Source of the DNA: Mobula hypostoma
Lineage: Eukaryota
DNA length: 64,000 nt
Assembly: GCF_963921235.1 (NCBI RefSeq)
Contig: NC_086097.1
Span: 222,830,001 to 222,894,000 of the forward strand
Direction of reading: 5' to 3'
In this document: one piece after another, positions 62,765 to 64,000 of the stretch
Position numbering within the stretch: the stretch's first letter is position 1
Layout: each line of letters opens with the position of its first letter
Translations under genes and position numbers: made by a program
The notes under the pieces: generated by a model
Told to the model about the DNA's origin: nothing
Database searches by the model: none
Seen by the model: the letters and a program-made list of their open reading frames with translations, nothing else

Positions 62765-62800
62765 AGTCCTGACGAAGGGTCTCGGCCTGAAACGTCGACT
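62765..62800 (+). ncRNA. Minimal type-I hammerhead ribozyme (intact core)
   Basis: AGTC-CTGACGA-AGG-GTCTCGG-CCT-GAAA-CGTC-GACT: stem I AGTC/GACT, stem II AGG/CCT, palindromic ACGT stem III, GUC cleavage triplet. Confidence 0.85.
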
Positions 62801-64000
62801 GCACCTCTTCCTACAGATGCTGCCTGGCCTGCTGCGTTCACCAGCAACTTTGATGTGTGTTGCTTGAATTTCCAGCATCTGCAGAATTCCTGTTGTCTCC
62901 ATCATCATTTGTTTTTGCCTTCCTCTTGCTTTCTTCCCTTCAATCTTTCCCATAATTACCCTGCATTCTAACTCCTCTATGCTGCTATATGGAGATGACT
63001 TTCCAGTTTTCAAATGCTCAGGGGCCAAACATCCAACTATTGTCAGCTCATTCATTGAAATATTCAAGAGGATAGGACTTCCACTCAACAAGACAAAATC
63101 TATACCAATCTTGACCATTAATTTTTTAATACTTTGCTCACGTAAATTTAATTGTTTCAATGTGGTCATTTATTTTGCCCTTTTTGATTACCTGCTATTT
63201 TAGTAAGTTTTCATTATGCGTTATGCTTTATTGCAAAAGAGGATATAATGAATCTACCACATCCTTCTTTCTCACAAATAAATCTGACTTGGCTTCAAAT
63301 GAACCCAAATTTTTGCTACCTTCTTCCTTTTTATAATCTGTTTCTATTTCTTGATAGCTTCTGGGCAGAAATTTGTTTTTATCTTACTCGATATTTTATT
63401 TTTCTAAATTTCTCCAAATCCTCAGGCCTATAATTACTCTTTACAGTATTATAAAACTTCTATTGTTATGCTATTCTTAACTTTAGCAACAGATGCATCT
63501 TTTCTCATGTAATCTTCACTTCTCAATATACTGTAAATTCATTAACAACTATGAAATATTTCTTTGTATCCACTACTGCTCATCTGCTGTCATACCTTTC
63601 TAATCTGATTTTCCAGCTTGCTCTTCATCTAGTATTTAAGTGAATATAAAGTTCTGCCACATTATGATCACTGTTCTCAGAACATTCATTACTCAAAGAT
63701 TGCTAATTATTTCTAATTATTAGGCATAGAATCAGTCATTACAATACTGAAGGTGGCCATTCAGCCCATCAAGCCTATGCCAGATGTCTATACAACAATT
63801 CAGTTAATCCCATTTTCTATATTCTTATAGGCCTGCAAGTTTATTTCCCTTAGAAGTCGAACCAACATCCTTTTAAAATCACTGATCACCTCCTCTTCCA
63901 CCATCAAGTTTTACTCCATAACTGCTATTAGATCCTACTCAGTTCCTCCTCTATCACTGTCCTCCAATCCTTTGCCATGCCACATCTTTTTACCATAGTA

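Larger units (their letters stand above)
61923..62893 (+). mobile_element. Young 5'-truncated Penelope-like element with inverted pseudo-LTR
   Basis: Arm 61923-62220 is the inverted copy of ~62560-62865; GIY-YIG C-terminus TRRRLGDRFAEHLRSV...LEEQHLIFRLGSLQPDGMN (62221-62463); TSD TGTCTCCATCATCA (61909-61922, 62894-62907). Confidence 0.95.
61398..62975 (-). mobile_element. RTE LINE 3' end, host of two nested insertions
   Basis: Reassembled: EELECRVIMGKIEGKKARGRQKQMMMETAARELEMNTNELIYLTRNRSVWAMAVKAQTGHGT* plus (TGA)n tail at ~61400-61413. Confidence 0.88.

Overview
Eukaryotic, repeat-saturated vertebrate DNA. The mix of CR1, Rex1/Babar-type and RTE LINEs, Penelope-like elements (PLEs), V-SINEs and Deu-SINEs points to a cartilaginous fish, probably a ray (inference). 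No intact host protein-coding ORF is recognisable; the long ORFs in the track that I can identify are decayed transposon ORFs or their antisense shadows. The only clear host signal is a CpG-rich island at ~23.2-24.0 kb with divergent splice donors (probable bidirectional promoter), plus a few weak candidate exons. Main points of interest: (1) PLE terminal repeats carry minimal type-I hammerhead ribozymes, with two intact copies at 61987-62022 (-) and 62765-62800 (+) and a series of decayed ones, including 0.2-kb fold-back mini-elements. (2) A 2.5-kb solo LTR (19839-22369, TG..CA, 5-bp TSD) contains a 36-unit, CRISPR-looking but non-CRISPR, higher-order minisatellite. (3) An RTE insertion has a twin-priming-type 5' inversion, and a tRNA-SINE shares its 3' end. 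(4) There are several multi-level nested insertions with readable target-site duplications. (5) A 639-bp TIR element has a 6-bp TSD. Boundaries of old repeats are approximate, and family names come from motif recognition, not database searches.
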